Positions 40,720 to 50,580 of a stretch of DNA of 64,000 nucleotides are shown here, piece after piece. The stretch lies in contig CAWGYA010000008.1 in assembly GCA_963826715.1 (NCBI GenBank), forward strand, positions 896,001 to 960,000, in the 5' to 3' direction. A program made the position numbers and the translations under genes. The notes under the pieces are model-generated. The model did not search any database, had not been told where the DNA came from, and saw only the letters and a list, made by a program, of their open reading frames with translations. Position 1 is the first letter of the stretch. Each line of letters begins with the position of its first letter. This DNA comes from Candidatus Bathyarchaeota archaeon (GTDB lineage Archaea; Thermoproteota; Bathyarchaeia; Bathyarchaeales; Bathycorpusculaceae).

Positions 40720-41534
40720 AGCACCAAAGCAAACAGAACCAGCGTCACCATCCTCGCTACCTCATTGGTGGCTCCAATCATGTCACCTGAAACTCCGCCG
40801 AATACAACGTTGGAAACTTTATTCATCACCAACGCCACTGGAAAGCTAACAAACACCAAGCAAACCGCAAAAAAACCCAAAATCGTGTTTCCTGTTATAT
40901 AAAACATAAAAAACGCAATTATGACCGAAAATATGTATGCGGCTGTGTTGAGGGGTTTTTTGGCTTTTGCAAGAAAAATCGAGCCTAAACCCTTATGTGA
41001 AGGTTTTCCAACCCAGACAATCGTCACCATAGAGAGCTTCGCGGTAACTTCAGCCAAAATAATAGCTGCAAACCCAAACGTTGGATTAACCAAACACAAA
41101 CCCACAACAGCCAGCATCTCCACACCCATGGCCAAAACCGCGCCTGCATAGCTAACTGTCCAAGCATGCGCCTTCATTTTACGGTCATGCACGTTGCGTA
41201 AGCCAATTGCGTTGCCGAGGTCAATTAAGCCATCAAAATGCTGCAAGCCCGTGAGCGCCAGAAGAAGCGCAATCGTCATAGCTGCTGGAATCGCTGATGC
41301 AAGAACCGTAGGTAAAGAAACATAGACATTGACTATGTTAAACAGAAAACCCACGATTGCACTTGATAACACAAAATATAAACCGCCAAGCAATCCGATG
41401 AAACCCCCAATTAACGGAAAAAGCCACATATTCTCAGCAGTTGTAAAAATAAAATCCTCTTTTCCTCCAACTGGGATAATGGTTAGGAAAGACAGCAAAT
41501 CCCTAAAAGTTTTTATAGCTTTCATCGGCGACAT
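40701..41534 (-). CDS. cobS: Cobamide synthase (copy 1, divergent)
   Basis: LSFLTIIP, FPLIG, LTGLQHFDGLIDLG, FGGVSGDMIGATNE. Confidence 0.85.
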   Translation of the reverse strand: MSPMKAIKTFRDLLSFLTIIPVGGKEDFIFTTAENMWLFPLIGGFIGLLGGLYFVLSSAIVGFLFNIVNVYVSLPTVLASAIPAAMTIALLLALTGLQHFDGLIDLGNAIGLRNVHDRKMKAHAWTVSYAGAVLAMGVEMLAVVGLCLVNPTFGFAAIILAEVTAKLSMVTIVWVGKPSHKGLGSIFLAKAKKPLNTAAYIFSVIIAFFMFYITGNTILGFFAVCLVFVSFPVALVMNKVSNVVFGGVSGDMIGATNEVARMVTLVLFALVLWGWAI

Positions 41535-41584
41535 ATACCTACAAACTTTGCCAAAAGAGAATATAGGCTTTGTCGTGACTCGGG

Positions 41585-42520
41585 ATGGCTGACCTTAAAA
41601 ACAAAAATGTAATGGTGACTGGAGGAGCAGGCTTCATAGGATATCACCTCTGCAGTAAACTCTCGCAGTTAACAAATAACTTGTCGATTTATGATAATCT
41701 CTCTAGTGGCAAAATCGAAAATGTTAAAGATGTTCCAGTCGCCCATTTCATTCAAGGAGATATCTTAGACCAGAAAACTCTCAATGGTACCCCAAAACAG
41801 GATTTGATCTATCACTTAGCCGCGCAAGTTGTGGTACCATATTCCATGGAGAATCCACTAATTGATTTCGAAACAAACGCCAAAGGAACAGTGTGTGTCC
41901 TCGAGAAAGCACGTAAAGACGACGCCAAAGTTGTGTTTGCGTCAAGCGCCGCAGTTTATGGCAACCCGACACAGCTTCCAACAGCCGAAGAATACGGCTT
42001 TCACCCCTTCTCATGCTACGGCTTATCCAAAGTTGTGGGCGAAGAATACTGTCAGATGTATCGAGAACAATACGGTCTCGACATTGTGGTCGCGCGGTTC
42101 GCTAACGTCTATGGGTTGCGCTGTCATGGGGTTATTCACGACTTCCTTGAAAAACTTGCCCGAGATCCAAACAAATTGGAAATCATTGGCACAGGACAAC
42201 AAGCACGGGATCTGGTACATGTTTCAGATGTGGTTGATTTGTTGATTACAGTAGGTTCTTTAGAGTCAACTAACGGTAAAACCTATAATGTAGGTTACGG
42301 CAAAACAACCAAAATTATCGACTTAGCCAAAATGATGCTAAAAATACTTAACCTGCAAAACAAAACAATCGTCACAACTACTGGTGTGTCTTGGCAAGGA
42401 GACATTCAGACAATATGGTTCGATAACAGTAAAGCAAAGCGAGAACTAGGTTGGAACCCTAAAGTAACTTTGGAAGAGAGCATAAAAGAAGTCATTGCTG
42501 ACAGGAATCTGCCAGCATGA
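41585..42520 (+). CDS. NAD-dependent nucleotide-sugar epimerase/dehydratase
   Basis: VTGGAGFIG, HLAA, SSAAVYG, YGLSK, RFANVYG. Confidence 0.92.
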   Translation: MADLKNKNVMVTGGAGFIGYHLCSKLSQLTNNLSIYDNLSSGKIENVKDVPVAHFIQGDILDQKTLNGTPKQDLIYHLAAQVVVPYSMENPLIDFETNAKGTVCVLEKARKDDAKVVFASSAAVYGNPTQLPTAEEYGFHPFSCYGLSKVVGEEYCQMYREQYGLDIVVARFANVYGLRCHGVIHDFLEKLARDPNKLEIIGTGQQARDLVHVSDVVDLLITVGSLESTNGKTYNVGYGKTTKIIDLAKMMLKILNLQNKTIVTTTGVSWQGDIQTIWFDNSKAKRELGWNPKVTLEESIKEVIADRNLPA

Positions 42521-43419
42521 CCGATTCCTCGCTGACACGAGGGTTAATTGCTCTTCTACGTTTACCTTATTGGCTTATGACTGGCGGATTAGCGGTCCTA
42601 ACATCGTTTGCTATACTTAAAGGAAATTTTGTCGACATCCAAACAACGTTGGGTCCTCTAAGTGTTGTCACGGTGGCTCTTTTGACGTTCTTTTCGCTTT
42701 CTTTCATTGCATCCGGCGGGTTTGCTATTAATGATTATTATGACCGTGACAGTGATGCAGTCATTAAACCGAAGCGCCCAATACCATCAGGTGCACTTTC
42801 CTACAAGCAAGCAATCACTGTTTCAGCTGTTTTTTTTGCGTTAGGGTTAAGCATGGCGTTTCTTATCAACTGGTTAAGCTTCACAATTATAGCTATTGAC
42901 TCACTATTGCTTTTGGTATATTCATTTTTGATTAAGAGGAAGTCTGGTTTTGCAGCAAACCTGTTAATGGGTGTATTAACTGGTACAGCGTTTATTTACG
43001 GGCAGGCAACTTCAACTGGCACAATAAGCTTAGTTTCATTAAGTCTTTATCCAATTGCCTTCGGCACTATTGGAGGTAACATATTGCGAGACATATTTAG
43101 TGTGGAGGGCGACGCCAAAGTTGGATACCCCACTTTGCCCCAGAAAATCGGTAACATGAGTGCCGCCAAAGTCGGCGGATTTTTCTTTCTATTAACTGGA
43201 GTTCTAGCACCCTTGCCTTATTTAATAGGTGAATTCACGGTTTATTATCTGCCTTTAATCCTGCTTTGGAGCATACTGCTAATCTACTCCGCAATAAGGT
43301 TATTCACATCTGCATCAACTGTTGCTAGCATCCGTAAATATGAGCGTATCGTGACAATGTCAATGATGTTACTACCTCTGGCTCTGATAGTTGAAGCCAT
43401 TGTGGGATGGTTAATGTGA
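42517..43419 (+). CDS. Digeranylgeranylglyceryl-phosphate synthase (UbiA family)
   Basis: INDYYDRDSDAVIKPKRPIPSG, RDIFSVEGD..GYPTLP; multi-TM. Confidence 0.82.
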   Translation: MTDSSLTRGLIALLRLPYWLMTGGLAVLTSFAILKGNFVDIQTTLGPLSVVTVALLTFFSLSFIASGGFAINDYYDRDSDAVIKPKRPIPSGALSYKQAITVSAVFFALGLSMAFLINWLSFTIIAIDSLLLLVYSFLIKRKSGFAANLLMGVLTGTAFIYGQATSTGTISLVSLSLYPIAFGTIGGNILRDIFSVEGDAKVGYPTLPQKIGNMSAAKVGGFFFLLTGVLAPLPYLIGEFTVYYLPLILLWSILLIYSAIRLFTSASTVASIRKYERIVTMSMMLLPLALIVEAIVGWLM

Positions 43420-44882
43420 GCGAAACAAAAAGCATCTGCCCAGAGTGCCAAAAGAAAATCGATGCTCAACTTACCAATGTCAACGGCAAAATCCAAATTT
43501 CCAAACAATGCCCCGAACACGGCGATTTTAAAGCTACCCACTGGCAAAGTAAGCCTATCTTCAGTCACATGCAAAAATATGACCAGTTCCAGTACCTCGG
43601 CGACCTTAATGCGCCCAAAAACCCCGATGGCTGCCCCTACGTTTGTGAGACCTGCCAAAACCACGCATCTGGAACTGTAATTGGTGTTATTGATGTAACG
43701 AAGCGATGCAATTTCCGTTGCGCGGTGTGCTTTTCAACTTTTCCTGACCAGGAAGAGGACTATGAACCCACCAAAGAAGCCTTAATTGATATGCTTGAGT
43801 TTGCGGCCAAGGCTAATCCCAAACCACCAGCGATTCTTTTTTCAGGAGGTGAGCCGCTTGAGCGGGAGGACATGCCTGAAATCATCGCAGCTGCCCACAA
43901 ACTTAAATTTATGACGATTCTAGCAACCAACGGCACCCATTTGGTTACAGACGAAGGATTAGCCCGGAAGCTCAAAGATAACGGATTAAATATCGTTTAC
44001 CTTTCTTTCGACAGTTTTCATGAAGAATTCAACAAAAAAGTTCGTGGGCGACCATTAGTAGATATCAAGTTTAAAGCTATCGAGGTTTGCCGCAAGCATG
44101 ATATGGAAATCATCCTTGTCAATACGCTGATGAAAAGCCTCAACGATAGTGAAGTTGGAGACATGATTCGTTTTGCAGCTAAAAATACTGATATTGTGCG
44201 TGGTTTAATCTTTCAGCCAATTGCCTTTACAGGTCGTGCCACTGAGAATCCTTTTCGCGAAAACTTCCGTGAATGGAGTTTCGCAGAAGACGTTGAAAAG
44301 CAGACCAATGGTGAAATCAAAAGCACCGATCTATTTCCAATGTCAGTTATGACTTCGCCCATTAAAATTATGCGTAAATTCATGATGAAACCGTGGCCGC
44401 TTTTCAGTTGTAGTCCCCAGTGTGGCATTGTAAATTGGATCTACGTTTCTAAAGAGGGCAAGATGTTTCCAATTAACCGCTTCGTGAATTTTGATCGTTT
44501 CTTCAGTTACATCCGCAAAACTGCTGAGGGTGCTGAGTCAAAGGGGAAATTGGCATTGCTTTCTTCCCTGTTTATGGGTTCGATGTTGTCAATGAATATG
44601 CTACTTGTAACCCGCGAGGTCGGTACCTTCACCCTAATAAAGAGCATAATGCGGATGCATCTTTCACCTTCATATCAATCGTTAGGTAAAATTCGAAGAA
44701 GAATTTTCCTTTTAGGTTGCATGGCGTTTATGGATAGCTACAACTTTGATGTGAATCGTGTGCGTCGATGCGTAGTGCATTACATTACTCCTGATAAGAA
44801 AATTATTCCCTTCTGCGCCTATAATAACGTGCATCGAGTTGCTATCGAAAAAGCTTATGCAATGAAACGAAAGAAAGCTTAA
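43407..44882 (+). CDS. tes: Tetraether lipid synthase (Tes/GDGT-MAS) homolog
   Basis: SICPEC..CPEHG, CPYVCETCQNH, CNFRCAVCF, FQPIAFTGR, CSPQCG, MAFMD.YNFD..R..RCVVHY..PD..IIPFCAYN. Confidence 0.85.
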   Translation: MVNVSETKSICPECQKKIDAQLTNVNGKIQISKQCPEHGDFKATHWQSKPIFSHMQKYDQFQYLGDLNAPKNPDGCPYVCETCQNHASGTVIGVIDVTKRCNFRCAVCFSTFPDQEEDYEPTKEALIDMLEFAAKANPKPPAILFSGGEPLEREDMPEIIAAAHKLKFMTILATNGTHLVTDEGLARKLKDNGLNIVYLSFDSFHEEFNKKVRGRPLVDIKFKAIEVCRKHDMEIILVNTLMKSLNDSEVGDMIRFAAKNTDIVRGLIFQPIAFTGRATENPFRENFREWSFAEDVEKQTNGEIKSTDLFPMSVMTSPIKIMRKFMMKPWPLFSCSPQCGIVNWIYVSKEGKMFPINRFVNFDRFFSYIRKTAEGAESKGKLALLSSLFMGSMLSMNMLLVTREVGTFTLIKSIMRMHLSPSYQSLGKIRRRIFLLGCMAFMDSYNFDVNRVRRCVVHYITPDKKIIPFCAYNNVHRVAIEKAYAMKRKKA

Positions 44883-45424
44883 GAACAAGTTCATATTGTT
44901 GCGCTTCCCATTCTGATTATAGCATTGTTATCTGAGTCCGTCCGAGGTAGAAGGGTCCATTGTACACCGTGTTATTTTCATATAATGCATTGTGCCATAC
45001 TTCAAATTGCAGGGTAGAGTTATCTAAAGCGTAGTTTCCCTGCTCGGGCATAAACGTTGCCTCGCCAGCAATCTCAAGCACGTTAGAATCGTTTATCATT
45101 GAATTTCTGAGTCTCTTAACAACCAGTAACCGTCATCTAAGGCAGGGGTGTAACAATTGATATTGGCGTCAGCTTGATTAACAAAAAATGTTACAGCGAG
45201 AATACCTATGCAGGCTAAAGCAATTGAAATATGACTGAATTTAGCCATAGTTATCGCTTGATATAACATAGTTTTTCTCCTTTATCTTGTTTTAGGAAAT
45301 TTGTTAAATATTTTATTTGTTGACAAAAATTAATTCGAGTGTATAGTTCTCGATTGAGTGTTGTTGAACTACATAGTCAATTATTTAATTAGAATCGTTT
45401 AGGAGGTTGCATCCATAGTCAACT

Positions 45425-45925
45425 TCAAACAACCTCTATGTCTAATATACAATTGTTATATCCTGTAAACTCCAACGATCCATCCCCGTTAACAAGATAC
45501 AACTCGAAAACAACCGTATAACTACCCACAGCATTTTCTGTGAGTGTGATCCTATGTTGTTGGTGTGATCCGTCGACCAAACTCAGATCATAGGTGTCCA
45601 CGGGGGTTATGTCTACGGGGGACCCTTTGTAAACCTGGGTGATCTTGGTTTGAACCTGATAGTTATGGCTGCTGGTACCGCCCATATGGTTCTCAACTGT
45701 AATATAGACGCTAAAGGTGCTGTTTTGGTTGTGAACTAGTGTGTGGGGGTAGTCTACGGCTTGATTGTTTGCGTCTAAAATTGAGAGGGTATTGTAAGGT
45801 TCGGGTTGGGGTCTATAAATCAGGTAGTATCCCGCAATAGTTGAAGCTACAATAATAAGAGCAATGAAAACGGCGACTGCATAGCCGACTTCATCGCTTA
45901 AACCGATTCGCTTTCCAATGTGCAT
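45425..45925 (-). CDS. DUF1616-like membrane-anchored protein
   Basis: TM helix then EPYNTLSILD..A.DYP, VENHMG, VVFELY. Confidence 0.7.
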   Translation of the reverse strand: MHIGKRIGLSDEVGYAVAVFIALIIVASTIAGYYLIYRPQPEPYNTLSILDANNQAVDYPHTLVHNQNSTFSVYITVENHMGGTSSHNYQVQTKITQVYKGSPVDITPVDTYDLSLVDGSHQQHRITLTENAVGSYTVVFELYLVNGDGSLEFTGYNNCILDIEVV

Positions 45926-46628
45926 AACAGACCCTAAACGTTTTAGCATCCAAAAACCCCTTAAATATAGTGGTAAAAATCCTGATCCCCGACTGAAAAG
46001 GTTTAAGTTTGGTTTTACCGTATGTTCGAGGCTTGTAAGTTGTGGGTATTTCCGCCATATTATACCCTTCTCTTGCGAATTGTATGAGCATCTCTGTAGC
46101 AAATGGCATATCTGTTTCTTTGAACTTTACACTATCATATTTTTTGCGGTCGATTGCTCGAAAACCAGATTGTGTGTCACTGAGGAATTGACTATAGAAA
46201 AAGTCGTAGGTGAAAGTGATAGCTTTGTTACCAATAAAGTTGAGAAACCCCATAGCCTTGTTAGGATCATACATGCGAGTCGCTAAAACCAGGTCCGCGT
46301 CTTTCTCGATTAAACGGCTGACGAGGCGATCGATGTGTTTGAACTCGTAAGTACCATCAGCATCAACCATGATAAGTATGTTTCCCTTTGCGTTTTTCAT
46401 ACCTGTCCTTAGTGCAATTCCATATCCGCGCCTCGGTTCAATAATTAAACGACATTTACCAGTTTGGTTAACCAATTCTATGGTTCCATCTGTTGAGTTG
46501 CTGTCCACGATGATGATTTCTTTGGGGTAACTCACATGCCTATCGATAGTGTTTATAGCTTCCAGTATGGTACCCGCTTCGTTTAAGGTTGGAATCACGA
46601 CCGAGACCATTTCAACTTTTGATGTCAT
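45891..46628 (-). CDS. GT2 glycosyltransferase (DPM1-like)
   Basis: VSVVIPTLNE, DSNSTDGT, RGYG, DADGTY, DTQSGFRA. Confidence 0.9.
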   Translation of the reverse strand: MTSKVEMVSVVIPTLNEAGTILEAINTIDRHVSYPKEIIIVDSNSTDGTIELVNQTGKCRLIIEPRRGYGIALRTGMKNAKGNILIMVDADGTYEFKHIDRLVSRLIEKDADLVLATRMYDPNKAMGFLNFIGNKAITFTYDFFYSQFLSDTQSGFRAIDRKKYDSVKFKETDMPFATEMLIQFAREGYNMAEIPTTYKPRTYGKTKLKPFQSGIRIFTTIFKGFLDAKTFRVCYAHWKANRFKR

Positions 46629-46673
46629 CAGCTAACTTCCAGCTTAAAGGGCTATATTGTTTCCGCATCGAGG

Positions 46674-47831
46674 TTAAATAAGTCCTTCGTATATTTCAAG
46701 TAACTTTTCAACGTTTGAATCCCAGCTAAATTGTTCCTCAACCCGGGCTCGTAACTCAGTAGAGCGAGAAGAGAAATCTCCATCTATAAACTCCAAAATT
46801 GCCTCAGCAAGTCGATGTGGCTGGTTGGGTGGAACCAGTTTGCCATAGCCTGCAAGTAAGATTTCTTTAATACCGCCTACGTCGGTTGCTACTACTGGGA
46901 GTCCGCATGCCATAGCTTCCATCGCCACCAGCGGTAATCCTTCACCTGACTTAGAAGGTAACACAAATAGGTCTGCCAAGTTATAGTATACTGGCAAATC
47001 CGCGTCGCTGACAAATCCTGTTATCTTAAAGTTTGATTCTATACCCAACTGTGCCACAGCTAATTTTACACTATCAAGGTCAGGTCCTTTTCCGACAGCA
47101 ACGAACACGATTCTTGGGTTCTTTTGTATAGCGATTCTGGCGCAGTCCAGCAACGTATCTATTCCGTTCTTATAAACAAGCCTTCGAACAGTCAAAATCA
47201 CCAATGCATTGCTAGAAATACCAAGTTTACGCCGCATTTCTTCACGTTTACTATACAGAGGCTTGAATCGAGCTAAATCTACACCATTATAAATGACTTT
47301 CACTTTGCTCGGTTTTGCACCTAGCCGCAGCACGTAGTCTTTAGTGGAATTGCTTATGGCTATAATTTTGTCGGCGGAGTTCAGGTTTTGTTTTCCTACT
47401 GATAAATCGTTTAGTCGTTCAACCTGATCAAAGATGTTGTTGTATTCAATGAAAGTGTTGTGTTGGGTTAGAACAAAGGGTTTGCCATAGAATTTAGCAA
47501 GCTTGCCTGCTACAAGCGAGGTCAGGTAGGGGTGTCCATGTGCATGGATGAGTTGGCTGGATTTAATAGCCTTATCAAACGTTCCAAAACTTGTAGCTGT
47601 GGGAATCGAGTAGGGAATACCCAGTCGAAAGCCAGTGTTGAGAGATTCATAGCATTCAACAGGCACTCCATCAATGATGTAACTTTTAGGTGTGCCTATA
47701 CGGTTGGTAACTACGGTTGGAGCGTAGTTTTTATGAAGTAGACGTTTACTCTGTTCATTAGTCACCTTCTCAATACCACCGACGTGCGGCAGAAAAGTGT
47801 GGGTGATTATGCAGAGCCGAGTTCGAACCAT
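46674..47831 (-). CDS. GT4 glycosyltransferase
   Basis: GGIE, IYNGVD, RRLVYKNG, EGLPLVAMEAMACGLPVV. Confidence 0.92.
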   Translation of the reverse strand: MVRTRLCIITHTFLPHVGGIEKVTNEQSKRLLHKNYAPTVVTNRIGTPKSYIIDGVPVECYESLNTGFRLGIPYSIPTATSFGTFDKAIKSSQLIHAHGHPYLTSLVAGKLAKFYGKPFVLTQHNTFIEYNNIFDQVERLNDLSVGKQNLNSADKIIAISNSTKDYVLRLGAKPSKVKVIYNGVDLARFKPLYSKREEMRRKLGISSNALVILTVRRLVYKNGIDTLLDCARIAIQKNPRIVFVAVGKGPDLDSVKLAVAQLGIESNFKITGFVSDADLPVYYNLADLFVLPSKSGEGLPLVAMEAMACGLPVVATDVGGIKEILLAGYGKLVPPNQPHRLAEAILEFIDGDFSSRSTELRARVEEQFSWDSNVEKLLEIYEGLI

Positions 47832-47891
47832 TCGGAACCAACGCTTAAACCCTCAACCGCGATAGTATTATAATTTGCGGAAAAATGTAAA

Positions 47892-48371
47892 CTATGTTGG
47901 TGTCCCTGTATCTTTGAGTGATTTGGTGTAAACATTCGAAGATGCACCCGCTACCAAGGCACCAATGGCGTCATTTGTCAAAGGAGGCAGCTCTTTTAAG
48001 ATGCCCGGTTTAGCTTGGTCGAAACGAACAAACTCAAACATACCTCTTGATCCGCCGATGTAGGTGGCGATTGCTATGCCGATGAGTTCGTCAGCAACAA
48101 GCCCCGGTCTGCCCATGAAACGTTCAACCGTTAGACCTGGAATACGCCCGTTTTCAGCTTCTTGTTGAGCCTGGAAGGCGGCGACAATGAGAGTGGAGAT
48201 ATTAACATCAGTTAAAATGTCAAGGAATTCTTCTTTAAGAAGCGCAGTGGCTTTTTCTGCATTTTCAATGCCTGGATGAGGTACATACATTTCAAGTGCA
48301 CTGTCGATTAGACTTTGGAGGGTTATTCCTCTCTTCTCGAGATATTCAAGCATTGGTGGGTTGATTATCAT
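47892..48371 (-). CDS. cobZ: Alpha-ribazole-phosphate phosphatase, PgpA-fold archaeal CobZ
   Basis: DVNI..LI, LVADELIGIAIA.YIGG..G.FEFVRFD..KPGIL, DAIGAL; divergent from cobT operon. Confidence 0.75.
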   Translation of the reverse strand: MIINPPMLEYLEKRGITLQSLIDSALEMYVPHPGIENAEKATALLKEEFLDILTDVNISTLIVAAFQAQQEAENGRIPGLTVERFMGRPGLVADELIGIAIATYIGGSRGMFEFVRFDQAKPGILKELPPLTNDAIGALVAGASSNVYTKSLKDTGTPT

Positions 48372-48804
48372 CTTGACCTTGGTTTTTACTGGTGAAGAAT
48401 GGTTTAAAGTTTTGCACAGGTTTACTTGTTTGATTTTAAGTGACATTTAGGCAGTAATTGGAATTTTTGGTTGATTTTATCTTGTTATATGCGCTCTTAC
48501 TTATTCTTAGGAAAGTTTTAAGACAGGATAGCTCAAGTTTATTGATTGTGATCTTTTGGTTTTTTTCTTTATTTATTATCCTAAATATTGATGTTGCTTG
48601 ATTGATTTGAGAATTTTTCCGTAAGCCTTATATTAAATATGTTGGATAAACCAACCAACGTTCGGGTGATGATTTGCTAAACATAAAGAAAACCGCTAAT
48701 CCTTCGAGCAAAGTTTTATCAGCAGCTTTATTAACTAAATGTTTGGCGAGAAAAACCTTATTTTACTGTTTAACTGTTTATAATCCATCAGGAGGAAAAA
48801 ATAG

Positions 48805-49473
48805 GTGAAAGTTGTTGCTTCATGGAGCGGCGGCAAAGATAGTTGCTACGCTTTCTACCTTGCTATCCAACAAGGTCACCAGGTACTCAGCCTAATTACT
48901 ATGATGATGAGCAAAGAGAAATCTAACTTCCATATGATACCCACAGGCATCATAGATGCTCAAGCAGAGGTAATGGGCGTTCCGTTAATTAAGAAAAACA
49001 CCTCAGCAAATACCTACGAGGATGATTTTAAAGCAATGCTCTCTGAATGCAAAGCAATGGGCGCCGAGGGTCTAGTAACAGGCGATATCTATGAGGTAGC
49101 CGGGCATGAAGAAGGCTGGTTGAGCCGAATTTGCAATGAAGTAGGTTTAGTTCCAGTAAAGCCTTTATGGATGGGTGATACTAAACAGATTTACCTCGAT
49201 TACCTTAAAACAGGCTTTAAAGCAACAGTTGTCCGCACCAATAAAGTCCTTAGTCTCGCTTGGTTGGGACGCGTTTTGGATCGCGAATTCTATGACGATA
49301 TTTTGGCCATGGGCGGAGTGGATGTATGCGGGGAAGGCGGAGAATACCATACTGTAATAACTGACGGACCTAACTTTACCTCTAAAATTGAACTGTTGGA
49401 AACCGAAAAGCAAAGATTAGAGAACGGCTTTGGATATTTGGAAATCAAGAAGTGGAATGTAACCCCCAAATAG
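48805..49473 (+). CDS. Diphthine-ammonia ligase family PP-loop ATPase
   Basis: SWSGGKDS, GDI, PLW, CGEGGEYHTVI.DGP. Confidence 0.88.
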   Translation: MKVVASWSGGKDSCYAFYLAIQQGHQVLSLITMMMSKEKSNFHMIPTGIIDAQAEVMGVPLIKKNTSANTYEDDFKAMLSECKAMGAEGLVTGDIYEVAGHEEGWLSRICNEVGLVPVKPLWMGDTKQIYLDYLKTGFKATVVRTNKVLSLAWLGRVLDREFYDDILAMGGVDVCGEGGEYHTVITDGPNFTSKIELLETEKQRLENGFGYLEIKKWNVTPK

Positions 49474-49484
49474 CGTGACCCGCC

Positions 49485-50573
49485 ATGGATGTTATAATTG
49501 CCAATAATGCGTTGAAAGCAAAAGCCTTCTTAGATGAAATTGAAGGAAAAAATCCCTTATTCATAGTTACAATCGCCACAACTGAAACCGCCAAAATCCC
49601 AGGTTTATCAGCTGCTGGTGCAAACCCCGACTTTACCGATTTTACCCCACCCGCAGATGCTGAGCTGTTGCTATTAGGCAAATGCAAAAGTATACAGGGC
49701 GTTCCAATTACCCCCGACGGTATCCCCACCCCTGCGCTCATTACGACTTCTGCTCTACATCTAGCCGACATACCAGTGCTGGTAGTTAACGGCGGAGTTA
49801 AAGTTAAGCCCCAAATCCCCTATATTGACCTTAGTGGAAGCTCAGGACGCGATATTCGAAGTGGGGACAGTGTCGACAATGTAGAAGAAGTCATTGAACG
49901 CGCAAAAGTCGTTGGTGAACAATTAGCTAAGGTGGCAGATTATCTTGTTATCGGTGAGAGCGTTCCTGGTGGAACAACTACAGCATTAGGCGTATTGATG
50001 GCGTTGGGTGTTGATGCGCAGGGCAAAGTAAGCAGCACGCTGCCAAAAAACCCGCATAGTTTGAAAGCTGAGGTAGTTGCAACTGGATTAAAAGCAGCAG
50101 GCGGAAAATTCGGTAGCCTAAAAAGTGACCCCATTAAGGCTGTTTCTGCAGTCGGCGACCCTATGATGGCGGCGTTGGTAGGTCTAGTTATCGGCGGCGC
50201 ACGTCAGGCTCCTGTGCTGATGGCTGGCGGAACACAGATGACAGCGGTTTTAGCAGTAATTAACGCTCTTAGCCCTGAATCATTATGTAATGTTGCAGTA
50301 GGTACCACTCGCTGGGTGACCAAAGACAAATCCTCTGATATCTGCGGCATAATCAAACAATTCTGCGATGTTCCTGTATTGGCAGCTGACCTAGATTTCG
50401 GTCCTTCACAGTATCCAGGTCTGCAAATCTATGAAACCGGTCTCGTCAAAGAGGGCGTAGGCGCAGGTGGAGCATCAATCGCAGCGATGGCCAAGACCGG
50501 TGGCGCGATTGACAAACAAATTCTTCTTAAGGAGATAGAGCGTAACTATGCCTCACTGATGCAGATAAAGTGA
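49485..50573 (+). CDS. cobT: Nicotinate-nucleotide-dependent base phosphoribosyltransferase (archaeal CobT)
   Basis: TETAKIPGLSAAG, TP.ADAE, PTPALIT, GESVPGGTTTA, AGGTQM, YE.G.VKEGVGAGG. Confidence 0.9.
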   Translation: MDVIIANNALKAKAFLDEIEGKNPLFIVTIATTETAKIPGLSAAGANPDFTDFTPPADAELLLLGKCKSIQGVPITPDGIPTPALITTSALHLADIPVLVVNGGVKVKPQIPYIDLSGSSGRDIRSGDSVDNVEEVIERAKVVGEQLAKVADYLVIGESVPGGTTTALGVLMALGVDAQGKVSSTLPKNPHSLKAEVVATGLKAAGGKFGSLKSDPIKAVSAVGDPMMAALVGLVIGGARQAPVLMAGGTQMTAVLAVINALSPESLCNVAVGTTRWVTKDKSSDICGIIKQFCDVPVLAADLDFGPSQYPGLQIYETGLVKEGVGAGGASIAAMAKTGGAIDKQILLKEIERNYASLMQIK

Positions 50574-50580
50574 GACGCCC

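Noticed and set aside
44917-45250. Short minus-strand ORFs with a signal-like start
   Set aside because: Fragmentary; probably a remnant of a secreted-protein gene, not supportable as a call
48660-48760. GTGATGA as a C/D sRNA or riboswitch upstream of the cob operon
   Set aside because: No CTGA D box at a suitable distance and no convincing riboswitch fold
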